Assembly: GCA_965370415.1 (NCBI GenBank)
Contig: CBDUTJ010000003.1
Span: 22,165-86,164 of the forward strand
DNA from: an uncultured bacterium
Lineage (GTDB): Bacteria > Cloacimonadota > Cloacimonadia > Cloacimonadales > TCS61
Direction: 5' to 3'
Length of the DNA stretch: 64,000 nucleotides
Shown here: piece after piece, positions 28,441 through 37,746 of the stretch
Layout of the letters: each line of letters opens with the position of its first letter
How positions within the stretch are numbered: position 1 is the first letter of the stretch
Program-made: the position numbers and the translations under genes
The notes under the pieces: model-generated
The model's input: the letters and a program-made list of their open reading frames with translations, nothing else
What the model was told of the DNA's origin: nothing
The model's database searches: none

Positions 28441-30222
28441 ATGAAAAAAATAGCAATAGTAGATTTCGGTGGCCAATACACTCATCTCATCGCGCGTAGA
28501 ATCCGCGACCTGGGAATTTTCAGCGAGATCATTCACCCCGAAAATTTTAAAACAAATGAAGAAATTGTCGGAATAATATTCTCCGGTGGACCGCGATCTG
28601 TAAATGCAGAAGATGCGTTCAGGATAAATCTCGATATTAATAAAAATGAGATCCCGATTTTAGGTATTTGTTACGGACATCAGCTTCTGGCAAAAATGGT
28701 TGGTGGTGAAATCGAAAGTGGTGAGAACAAGGAATACGGTTTCACTAACATAATCTGCCAAACTGATGCTGTTCTTTTTGATGGATTAGAAAAAGAACAA
28801 AAAGTATGGATGAGTCACGGAGACCACGTTTGTAAATTGCCGAAGGATTTCAAAATTACCGCTTCCAGCGATTCCATAAAAATTGCAGCCTATGAATCCG
28901 AAACATATTTTGGTTTCCAATTCCATCCTGAAGTTACGCACACTAGGAACGGGATGAAAATGCTGGAAAATTATATTGCTCTTTGCACGAATGAACGAAA
29001 TTGGAATGTAAAGAATTTCAAACAACAATTGATAAATGAAATCCAAGAAAAAGTAAAAAACAGGAAATTGGTTCTTCTTCTTTCGGGTGGTGTGGATTCT
29101 CTTGTTGCTCTTGAGCTCTGCATTCAGGCAATTGGGAACGAAAATGTTTACTCGATTCACATTGATACGGGCTTTATGCGTTTGAAAGAATCAAAAGAAA
29201 TACTTGAACATTTTGACGAACTTGGCTTTAAAAATATTAAAATTATCGAAGCAGAAAAGCAATATTTGAAAGAATTAAATCACATCGTTGATCCTGAACA
29301 AAAGCGAATGATAATAGGTAAATTATTTGTAGATATTGCCAATAAAGAACTTTCCAGACTTGATCAGAATATCGATTGGATGCTGGTGCAGGGTACTATC
29401 TATCCGGATACTATCGAAAGTGGCTCCACGGACAAAGCAGCACTGATAAAGACACATCATAACCGGGTTGACGAGATAGAAAAGCTGATTGCCGAAGGAA
29501 AGATAATAGAACCTATCAAAGAACTGTATAAAGATGAAGTTCGCAAACTTGGTGAAGAACTTGGACTTCCGTACAAACTTGTTCATCGCCATCCGTTTCC
29601 CGGACCGGGATTGGCTATAAGGGTTATTTGTTCAGATAAGACAGAACCTGAAAATGATTTTACAAAAGAAGAAGACTTAATGAATGAGATTCTCTCTGAA
29701 TTCGATATGCAGGGTAAAATTCTTCCCATTAAAAGCGTGGGAGTTCAAGGTGATTTCAGAACTTATCATCATCCTGCTGTGGTTTGGTTTAAAGAAGATG
29801 AGGGAAAATCCTGGGAAAAAATAAATGAATGTTCTTCAAAAGTAATAAATAAATTAAAAACAGTAAACAGACTTGTTTTCTCTTTGAATCCTGCCGAGAA
29901 TTTGAAACTTGGAAAACTATTTCTGGAAAAACAAAACCTGGATGAACTGAGGAAAGTTGATGCAATTCTCAGAAAAAGAACAGATGATATAAAAGAGATC
30001 TGGCAGATGCCTGTTGTGCAATTACCATTAAGAAACGCTGATAACAGTTTGTGTTATGTTATGCGGCCTGTTTGCTCGCAGGATGCGATGTCTGCCAGCG
30101 TGTATGAAATGGATTTTGGCTATTTGAAAGATATTATTTCTAAAATTCAGGAAATTGAAAATATCGGTTATATTTTCTATGATATTACTACCAAACCTCC
30201 CGGAACTATTGAGTGGGAATAA
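28441..30222 (+). CDS. guaA: GMP synthase (glutamine-hydrolysing), long form with duplicated C-terminal subdomain
   Basis: DFGGQYT, GICYGHQ, QFHPEV, LSGGVDS, QGTIYPD, IKTHHN, RHPFPGPGL, KPPGTIEWE. Confidence 0.97.
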   Translation: MKKIAIVDFGGQYTHLIARRIRDLGIFSEIIHPENFKTNEEIVGIIFSGGPRSVNAEDAFRINLDINKNEIPILGICYGHQLLAKMVGGEIESGENKEYGFTNIICQTDAVLFDGLEKEQKVWMSHGDHVCKLPKDFKITASSDSIKIAAYESETYFGFQFHPEVTHTRNGMKMLENYIALCTNERNWNVKNFKQQLINEIQEKVKNRKLVLLLSGGVDSLVALELCIQAIGNENVYSIHIDTGFMRLKESKEILEHFDELGFKNIKIIEAEKQYLKELNHIVDPEQKRMIIGKLFVDIANKELSRLDQNIDWMLVQGTIYPDTIESGSTDKAALIKTHHNRVDEIEKLIAEGKIIEPIKELYKDEVRKLGEELGLPYKLVHRHPFPGPGLAIRVICSDKTEPENDFTKEEDLMNEILSEFDMQGKILPIKSVGVQGDFRTYHHPAVVWFKEDEGKSWEKINECSSKVINKLKTVNRLVFSLNPAENLKLGKLFLEKQNLDELRKVDAILRKRTDDIKEIWQMPVVQLPLRNADNSLCYVMRPVCSQDAMSASVYEMDFGYLKDIISKIQEIENIGYIFYDITTKPPGTIEWE

Positions 30223-30271
30223 TATAATTACGAATGACGAATTAGTAATTACGAATTTAGTGGAGAAAAAA

Positions 30272-31450
30272 ATGAAAGTTGCATTTCTATTTGGTTCAGG
30301 GATTTCATTAAAAGCAGGTTATCCGAGAGTTTCGAACATAACAGAGATTGTTTTGTCTGGAGAAGGAATATCTCGTCATACTGATTCTGAATATTATTTT
30401 ATTAAACCACTTTATGGATTAGAGGAAGATGAAAACGTAAACCGAATTGTTAGTTTTTTAAGTTTAATTAATAAAGAAGTAACAACTTACTATGCTGACA
30501 ATAAATTAAATCAAATACCTAATTATGAAGATTTTTATTATTATGTTCGACAAATGCACGATGAAATTTACGGGGAACAAGAAAATTCAATAGTTTTTAA
30601 ATATATTCAGACTATTAAATCTAATAAAGCAATATGTCTAAAAGCAAAAAATAAATTATTTAATGATTTTAAATTTGAGGATTTAATAAATGAAACAATG
30701 ACTTATATTAATAATATTGTTACAAGAATGTTATATCAACCAAAAGATGATATTTCATATTTAAAATTATTCCAATCTTTGAATACAGATGAAGAAATTG
30801 AGAGTTCCGACTTTTTTTCACTTAACCACGACTTATTATTAGAAAAGTATTTTAGTGAAAATAAAATTAATTTCTGTGATGGATTTGATGAAAGAAAGGG
30901 CGACATTAGAAATTTTAATATTCGATTATATGATTCTGAAAATAAATTGAAACTATATAAACTTCACGGGTCTATTGATTGGCATAAATATAGAGAAGAA
31001 AACAAAGATTGGAGAGGTGATTTCATTGGCAAACCTGTGATTGATGATATTCATCATACAAAAGATGAGAACGGTAAATTTATCAATCCAATAGATAATA
31101 AATCAAAAATCTTAATTGGTACTTTTAATAAATTAATAGATTACAATTCAGGAATTTTTTCAGATTTATTTCACTTATTTTCTTCGAAACTCAAACAAAA
31201 TAATTTGTTAATCATTTCAGGTTATGGCTTTAGTGATAAAGGGATAAATACGAAGATAATGGAATGGTATTATACTAATGATGAAAATAAAATTCTTTTG
31301 ATTCATAAAAATTCTAACAGTTTGAAAGAAAAAGCACGTGGTGCTGTGAGTAATAAATGGGATTTATGGATAAAAGAGAAAAGACTAATAATTATAGAAA
31401 AGTGGTTTCAAGATGTTATTTGGGAAGAATTAAAAAGTCTATTAAAGTAG
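30272..31450 (+). CDS. SIR2-like domain protein (defence-type NADase fold)
   Basis: FLFGSGIS, SLNHDLLLE, DGF, KLHGSIDW, GYGFSDKGIN; lower GC than neighbours; ATG 30272 after GGAG. Confidence 0.82.
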   Translation: MKVAFLFGSGISLKAGYPRVSNITEIVLSGEGISRHTDSEYYFIKPLYGLEEDENVNRIVSFLSLINKEVTTYYADNKLNQIPNYEDFYYYVRQMHDEIYGEQENSIVFKYIQTIKSNKAICLKAKNKLFNDFKFEDLINETMTYINNIVTRMLYQPKDDISYLKLFQSLNTDEEIESSDFFSLNHDLLLEKYFSENKINFCDGFDERKGDIRNFNIRLYDSENKLKLYKLHGSIDWHKYREENKDWRGDFIGKPVIDDIHHTKDENGKFINPIDNKSKILIGTFNKLIDYNSGIFSDLFHLFSSKLKQNNLLIISGYGFSDKGINTKIMEWYYTNDENKILLIHKNSNSLKEKARGAVSNKWDLWIKEKRLIIIEKWFQDVIWEELKSLLK

Positions 31451-31622
31451 TTTTAACTTATTCAAATGTAGTACCTTAAAGACCTAATAACAAATAAAAA
31501 GTAAAGAAGAAATATTTTTTTCTTGACATATAATTAACTTAATAATAGTTGGAACTTGTTAGCATAGAGAAGCGAATAATAATGAAAAGTTGTTAACAAA
31601 AAAAATAAGGAGGTAACGAGAT

Positions 31623-31988
31623 TTGACTGTAACAATTGATCCTAACAAAAAATTCAGGAAAGAATTAAACTCAGGAATTGTTTCTTTAGTTCTGTTGAGT
31701 GTGCTGAGCCAGGCAAAGGAACCAATGTATGGATATCAGATCGCAAAGAATATCGAGGGAAAAGGAGAAGATGTTCCGATGATGAAGCAAGGTGCACTTT
31801 ATCCTGTACTGCGTTCACTGGCTGCTGCAGGTCTATTAAGTAGCCATGTGGATCCATCAATTACCGGTCCGCCAAGACGTTATTACCAGATTACCGATTC
31901 AGGCAAGCAGACTTTATTGAAATGGAAGAAAATTTGGCATGAAACCAAAACCTTTATCGACAACATTATAGGAGGAGAAAATGTATAA
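31623..31988 (+). CDS. PadR-family transcriptional regulator
   Basis: MYGYQIAK, GALYPVLRSL, PPRRYYQITDSG; TTG start after AGGAGG. Confidence 0.92.
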   Translation: MTVTIDPNKKFRKELNSGIVSLVLLSVLSQAKEPMYGYQIAKNIEGKGEDVPMMKQGALYPVLRSLAAAGLLSSHVDPSITGPPRRYYQITDSGKQTLLKWKKIWHETKTFIDNIIGGENV

Positions 31989-32868
31989 AAGCATAGATGA
32001 ATTTTTATCTGTTCTAAAACGAGAACTGAAAGGAAACGATAGAGCTCTGATCCAGGATGCTCTTTCCGATGCTGAGGAGCATATCCGAACAGCTTTGGAA
32101 AACATCATAAATACTAAGCAGGAAGTTACAGAAGAAGAAGCGCTTTCACAAGCCATCGAGAGTTATGGAGATCCATCTGAAATAGCAGCAGATTACAAAA
32201 AACTGGATGAATATTTAACGCCTATGCTTGTTCCTTCTGATAAGGTTGACATGCGTCCCTGGTGGAAAAAATTCCTACTGATAATTGCTGATCCCGGAGC
32301 ATGGGGAGCAACTCTTTATATGCTTATTTCAATTATAACCGGGATAATTTATAATACTTGGGTTGTTTGTGGATTATCAGTTTCATTACCTTTGTTGATT
32401 TTTATCATTGGTCTCCCACTTGCTGGATTCTTCCTGCTTTCCGTGAGAGGAATTGCCCTGTTGGAAGGTAGAATTGTGGAAGCTCTGCTGGGAATGCGTA
32501 TGCCAAGAAAACCGATGTTTATGAGTAAAGACAAAGGATGGTGGGGTAAATTTAAAGCTCTTGTTTCTTCAGGTATCACGTGGAAAGCGCTTGCTTATAT
32601 GTTACTGCAAATGCCTTTGGGCATATTTTATTTCACTTTGATAATTACTCTTTTTGCAGTGTCTTTATCGTTTATTGCAGCACCGATCTTGGAACTTGTA
32701 TTTCATTTGCCAATGGAGATCAATGGAACAGATACTTATACTCACAAATGGCTTCTTCCATTATTACCCGTTGCAGGTGCACTTCTTCTGCTTTGTACTT
32801 TACATCTGGCTAAATTGATCGGGAAATTACATGGAATGTTTGCTAAATTGATGCTTGTGAAAAAGTAA
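31981..32868 (+). CDS. membrane sensor-domain protein with N-terminal HAAS-like helical domain (PadR partner)
   Basis: DALSDAEEHI...AIESYGDPSEIA followed by four hydrophobic segments; overlaps the padR end. Confidence 0.75.
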   Translation: MYKSIDEFLSVLKRELKGNDRALIQDALSDAEEHIRTALENIINTKQEVTEEEALSQAIESYGDPSEIAADYKKLDEYLTPMLVPSDKVDMRPWWKKFLLIIADPGAWGATLYMLISIITGIIYNTWVVCGLSVSLPLLIFIIGLPLAGFFLLSVRGIALLEGRIVEALLGMRMPRKPMFMSKDKGWWGKFKALVSSGITWKALAYMLLQMPLGIFYFTLIITLFAVSLSFIAAPILELVFHLPMEINGTDTYTHKWLLPLLPVAGALLLLCTLHLAKLIGKLHGMFAKLMLVKK

Positions 32869-32880
32869 AATTAATTTATG

Positions 32881-32911
32881 AAAAAGGCGATCATGTTTGG
32901 TCGCCTTTTTT
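32881..32911. terminator. bidirectional intrinsic terminator
   Basis: aaaaaggcgatca-tgtt-tggtcgcctttttt between convergent genes. Confidence 0.85.
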
Positions 32912-32960
32912 ATTTGGATAGGAAGAAAACTATTGTAATCTCTCAGATTCAACACAATAT

Positions 32961-35021
32961 TCATTTTTCGTTTTCTTTCAGGATTTCTTCTTCAATACTT
33001 TTGGGTAGTGATCTATATTTACTGAATTCCATTGTGAAATCTGCTTTACCCTGAGTCACCGATCTGAATTGTGTAGCAAGCCCAAAGGTCTCAGAGAGTG
33101 GCATCTCCGAATCGATGCGTGTGAAATTGTCATCTATAACCGTATCTGAAACGAGTCCTCTATTCTGGTTGATTATTGTCATGATGTTCCCACGAAATTC
33201 AGATGGAGTTTCAACAGAAACTTTCATTACAGGTTCTAGGATAATTGGTTTAGCCTTATGGTAATTTTTTCTGAAAGCGGCTCTTGTTGCAATTTCGAAG
33301 GCAAGTTGAGATGAATCTACAGCATGAAAATCACCATCATCCAAAGTCATTTTCACGCCTACAACCGGAAATCCAGCAAGCTCACCCTTATTCAATACAG
33401 AGAAAAATCCTTTTTCACAACCGGGAATGAATTGACTGGGAATATTACCACCACGGACCTTATCTCTAAATATGTTTTCATCTTTTCCTGAATGAGTTAA
33501 AATCCCCTTAACACGCGCAAATTGACCGCGTCCACCGGATTGTTTCTTATGAATATAATCAAATTCAATTGCCTTGGTAATGGTTTCACGATACGAAACT
33601 TGAGGATCACAAACTTCCAGATTCACACCATATTCTCTTCTCATTCTTTCGATATAAATATTGAGATGTAGTTCACCCATACCGAGGACTATTGTTTCGT
33701 TGGTTTCTTCATCGACATGTGTTTTAAAGGTGGGATCTTCTTTTGTGAATCTTGCCAGGGCTTTGGAAAGATTATCCTGATCCTTACTATCTTTAACACT
33801 TAACGCAAAAGATATGATGGGTTTTGGAACGTAGGATTCGCGCATTGTATAGTTATTGTTTTCACCATTGAAAGTATCTCCCAGAGCACAGTCAACGCCA
33901 AACAGTGCCACAATGTCACCCGCACTTGCACTTGTGATATCTTCCATATTATCTGCGTGCATTTTTACAAGTCGACCGACTTTTATTTTATTTCCTGTTC
34001 TGGCATTCCTAAGATCAGATCCTTTTGATAATGTTCCTTGATATATACGTAAGTATGTAAGTTGACCATATTGTTGATTTTCTAATTTAAAGGCCAGTGC
34101 AACAGTTGGCAGCGCAGGATCGGATACAAGTATGATGTCTCTCATTTCATCGTCTCTATCATGAGCAATATTCTCAATTTCTGTTGGATCGGGAAGATAT
34201 CGAACCACCGCATCCAGAAGCAATTGAACACCTTTGTTCTTAAATGCTGAGCCCATAAAAACAGGTGTCATCTCCATTGCAATCGTTGCCTTTCTTACAG
34301 CATCGATGATCATCTCTTCAGTTTCATTTCCTTCCAAAAAAGCCTCTGCCAGATTATTACTGAACATAGAAACAGCATCGATCATCTCTTCGCGCATTTC
34401 TTCAGTCTTATCTATATATTCAGCAGGAATTTCAGTTTCTTTTACCTGTTCTCCTTTGGATCCAATAAAGTATCTGGCTTTTCGTGAAATGAGATCGATA
34501 ATACCTTCAAATTTTTCTTCCAATCCAATTGGGATCTGCATTAAAACCGCATTATGATCCAGCTTCTCACGCAGTTGATCTCTAACCTTTTCCGGATCGG
34601 CACCGATTCTATCTAATTTATTTATGAATGCAATGTGAGGAACTTTGTATCTCTTTAATTGTCTGTCGACTGTAATGGATTGAGATTGAACTCCGCTAAC
34701 TCCACAAAGAACAAGAATAGCACCATCTAGTACGCGAAGTGCATTTTCTACTTCTATTGTGAAATCCACATGTCCCGGAGTATCGATAACGTTAAGATTA
34801 TATCCTTTCCATCTTACATTTGTAGTAGCAGATGCAATTGTAATCCCGCGTTCTTTTTCAAGCTCCATGGAATCCATGGTTGCACCCACGCCGTCTTTTC
34901 CTCGAACTTCTCCAATCCTGTATATTTTATTACAATAATATAATATTCGTTCTGTTAATGTTGTTTTGCCGGAATCTATGTGAGCACTGATGCCAATATT
35001 TCTAACTTTTTTAATATCCAT
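32961..35021 (-). CDS. fusA: elongation factor G (stand-alone copy)
   Basis: [57 protein letters not shown]. Confidence 0.95.
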   Translation of the reverse strand: MDIKKVRNIGISAHIDSGKTTLTERILYYCNKIYRIGEVRGKDGVGATMDSMELEKERGITIASATTNVRWKGYNLNVIDTPGHVDFTIEVENALRVLDGAILVLCGVSGVQSQSITVDRQLKRYKVPHIAFINKLDRIGADPEKVRDQLREKLDHNAVLMQIPIGLEEKFEGIIDLISRKARYFIGSKGEQVKETEIPAEYIDKTEEMREEMIDAVSMFSNNLAEAFLEGNETEEMIIDAVRKATIAMEMTPVFMGSAFKNKGVQLLLDAVVRYLPDPTEIENIAHDRDDEMRDIILVSDPALPTVALAFKLENQQYGQLTYLRIYQGTLSKGSDLRNARTGNKIKVGRLVKMHADNMEDITSASAGDIVALFGVDCALGDTFNGENNNYTMRESYVPKPIISFALSVKDSKDQDNLSKALARFTKEDPTFKTHVDEETNETIVLGMGELHLNIYIERMRREYGVNLEVCDPQVSYRETITKAIEFDYIHKKQSGGRGQFARVKGILTHSGKDENIFRDKVRGGNIPSQFIPGCEKGFFSVLNKGELAGFPVVGVKMTLDDGDFHAVDSSQLAFEIATRAAFRKNYHKAKPIILEPVMKVSVETPSEFRGNIMTIINQNRGLVSDTVIDDNFTRIDSEMPLSETFGLATQFRSVTQGKADFTMEFSKYRSLPKSIEEEILKENEK

Positions 35022-35186
35022 TTTATTTCCTCTTTTCTTCTTCAATACAAATTATTCATTTGCAGCTTAACAAACTGAAAAACAAATATTTATAGAATTA
35101 AGAATTCGATTTATTAATCATAAGAGCCATAAATTTTAGGTAGGGTTATTATACAAGTAAATTTTTATATAAACGAAACTTTTTTC

Positions 35187-35741
35187 TTATGGTCTGGCAA
35201 CTGCTCCTATAATCAAGTCTTGATCGATCTTTTCCAAATAAACAAAATTGTATATGTACTGTGAATAGTTTTCCAAAGTAACAATATTGATATAATTTAT
35301 TTTATTGATTTGCTGAATATTGTGAATATATTCTTGTATAAAAAGGCAGCCTCTGGAATCTTTTGTTGTTAACATATTCTTACCTGCAAAAAGCGGATTA
35401 CCGGAATGTGCTAAAACATTGCCATTTATATCGATTATAAAAAGGTAAGATTTAAAGTCCCTGAATTTATTCGGTTTTTTGTTAATAAGCGAAATTGTGT
35501 CTTCCATTCCAAGTTTTTCAATATATTTCATACCCTTTTGTACTAATTTTTCTGTAAGACTACTTAACGGATCAGGTTTTCTCTGTACATAACCGCTTCC
35601 TAAACTTTTAGATTTTTCTACTTTTAACTCTTTAATCCATTTATGTTCATTTTCATTTTTTTTCTTTTCAGAATATAAATGAGAAGATAGAAAAAAAAGA
35701 AATGCAGTTATTATTAATATCAAATTTAGCAGATGTTTCAT
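35187..35741 (-). CDS. exported single Cache-like domain protein
   Basis: Signal peptide; YLFIIDINGNVLAH...GKNMLTTKDSRGCLFIQE; GAGGTGA RBS before ATG 35741. Confidence 0.72.
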   Translation of the reverse strand: MKHLLNLILIITAFLFFLSSHLYSEKKKNENEHKWIKELKVEKSKSLGSGYVQRKPDPLSSLTEKLVQKGMKYIEKLGMEDTISLINKKPNKFRDFKSYLFIIDINGNVLAHSGNPLFAGKNMLTTKDSRGCLFIQEYIHNIQQINKINYINIVTLENYSQYIYNFVYLEKIDQDLIIGAVARP

Positions 35742-36054
35742 GATCACCTCTTTTTCTTTGTACCTTTCGGTCTTCTTTTGCCATGTGTTCCACGCCATAT
35801 CTTACCCTTCTTACTTTTTCTATCACCTTTGCCCATTTAATTCCTCCATAGACATTTTGTTTATCCATTACCGAAGCTGGATATTGGCTTATTATGTGTC
35901 AAATGTTTTCCTATTCTTTTTAAAAAAAATATAAGAACCTAAGTATATTTTGGGTTTATTATTATATATTTATTTATTAAGTAATTTCTATTTGACAAAA
36001 TAAACCCCTGTTTTTCTTTTTCAACAAAAAATTTATATATTTCAGGAGTGAAAT

Positions 36055-37005
36055 TTGAAAAACATTTTGGTGATGGGTGCTGCCGGTCAGATCGGTTCTG
36101 AACTGGTTCCTGCCATGCGCAAGATCTACGGTAATTCCAATGTTATTGCCTCCGATATCAAAACAGATGTTTCAGCGGTTTTAAAAGAAGGTCCTTTCGA
36201 AATTGTAGATTGTCTTGATACAAAAAAAATAAAAGATGTAATTACAAAGTATAAGATCGATACTGTATATAATCTTGTTGCGCTTCTCTCTGCAGTTGGA
36301 GAACAAAATCCACAGCTTTCCTGGAAGATAAACATTGGTGGATTGATGAATCTACTGGAACTTGCCCACAAACTTAAGTTTGCCCTTTTCACTCCAAGTT
36401 CTATCGGTGCATTCGGGCTTTCTACACCACACGATAATACACCGCAGGATACGATCCAGAGACCCAATTCGATGTACGGTGTTACCAAAGTTAGTGGAGA
36501 ATTGCTCTGTGATTATTATCACCAGAAATATGGCATAGATACACGCGGAGTGCGCTATCCGGGGATTATTTCTAATGTTACACCTCCGGGTGGTGGAACC
36601 ACAGATTATGCTGTTGATATTTATTACAAAGCCATCCAGGAAAAAAAATTTACCTGCAACCTGAAGCCCGGAACTTACCTCGATATGATGTATATGCCGG
36701 ATTGCATTCGTGCAGGAATTGAGATAATGGAAGCCGATCCTGCCAAGCTTATTCACAGGAATGCGTTCAATGTAGCTGCCATGAGCTTTGAACCTGAAAT
36801 GATCGCTGCTGAAATACGCAACCACATCCCCGAATTTGAAATGAATTACGATATTGACCCAGTTCGTCAGGCTATCGCAGAAAGCTGGCCCAACAAAATG
36901 GATGATACTTGTGCCCACGAAGAATGGGACTGGAAACATGAATACGACCTTCCTAAAACGACAGAAGATATGCTGAATGTGCTTTCAGGAAAATTAGAAA
37001 TTTGA
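36055..37005 (+). CDS. tdh: L-threonine 3-dehydrogenase, SDR/epimerase type
   Basis: GAAGQIG, LLSAVGE, PSSIGAFG, YGVTK, RYPGIIS, PGGGTTDYAV, MMYMPD, RQAIAESWP. Confidence 0.9.
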   Translation: MKNILVMGAAGQIGSELVPAMRKIYGNSNVIASDIKTDVSAVLKEGPFEIVDCLDTKKIKDVITKYKIDTVYNLVALLSAVGEQNPQLSWKINIGGLMNLLELAHKLKFALFTPSSIGAFGLSTPHDNTPQDTIQRPNSMYGVTKVSGELLCDYYHQKYGIDTRGVRYPGIISNVTPPGGGTTDYAVDIYYKAIQEKKFTCNLKPGTYLDMMYMPDCIRAGIEIMEADPAKLIHRNAFNVAAMSFEPEMIAAEIRNHIPEFEMNYDIDPVRQAIAESWPNKMDDTCAHEEWDWKHEYDLPKTTEDMLNVLSGKLEI

Positions 37006-37062
37006 AATTAGAAATGATAAATTACAGATTACTTTATTTTTCAATACTTCTTGGTATAAAAA

Positions 37063-37205
37063 CTCTGTGTTCTCTGCCTGCCAAGCCGAAGCATTGCGAA
37101 GGCTGGTGCTCTTTGCGGTGAGATAAATAAATGATTAATGGAAAACCTTTATGTCTTTGCCTGCCATGGCGTAGCTTTAGCGAAGACTGGTGTCTTGGTG
37201 GCTAA
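37063..37205 (+). repeat. two repeat arms, each interrupted by a 30-31 bp element
   Basis: ctctgtgttctctg[37077-37106]tgctctttgcggtg and ctttatgtctttg[37160-37190]tgtcttggtggc. Confidence 0.85.
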
Positions 37206-37209
37206 TCAG

Positions 37210-37584
37210 ATGATCTATGGAATTGGAATCGATATCATCGAAGTGGAGCGAGTTAAAAAACTCATTTCCAAAAAAGATAAATATCTTAAAAGAATTTATA
37301 CTGAAACTGAAATCGAATATTGTGAAAATTTTAAAAGAAAAGAACAGGAATATGCTGGTCGTTTTTCAGCAAAAGAAGCTTTTTCCAAAGCACTGGGTAC
37401 GGGAATTAGTCATGGAATAAAATTTAATGAGATTGAGATCATCAATGATAAACTTGGAAAACCGGAAATTAATTTATCTGGCTTCACAAAAGAATATTTT
37501 CAAAAAAAAGGGCTGAAAAATATTTTTGTTTCGATTTCTCATTTAAAAGAATATGCTACGGCAGTAGTCATTATAGAAAAATAA
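37210..37584 (+). CDS. acpS: holo-ACP synthase (phosphopantetheinyl transferase)
   Basis: GIGIDIIEVER, AGRFSAKEAFSKALGTG, GKP, VSISH. Confidence 0.95.
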   Translation: MIYGIGIDIIEVERVKKLISKKDKYLKRIYTETEIEYCENFKRKEQEYAGRFSAKEAFSKALGTGISHGIKFNEIEIINDKLGKPEINLSGFTKEYFQKKGLKNIFVSISHLKEYATAVVIIEK

Positions 37585-37593
37585 GAAAGGATA

Positions 37594-37716
37594 AGACGCA
37601 GATTTTCGCAGATGAATTATGATAAATTATGAAATGAAATATATTGGAATAATTATTTGGAAATTAAATGAAAAGAATCATATTAAATCTTGTTAAAAAT
37701 CAGCGTGAATCAGCGT
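37594..37716. repeat. empty inverted-repeat shell, second copy
   Basis: agacgcagattttcgcagat ... aaagaatcatatt ... atcagcgtgaatcagcgt. Confidence 0.72.
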
Positions 37717-37746
37717 AAAAAAAAATAGAAAAGGAGAATATAAAGA

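Noticed and set aside
6389-37205. Repeats read as a CRISPR array or integron attC sites
   Set aside because: Copies are dispersed, in both orientations and without regular spacers; no cas or integrase gene and no consistent attC core ends.
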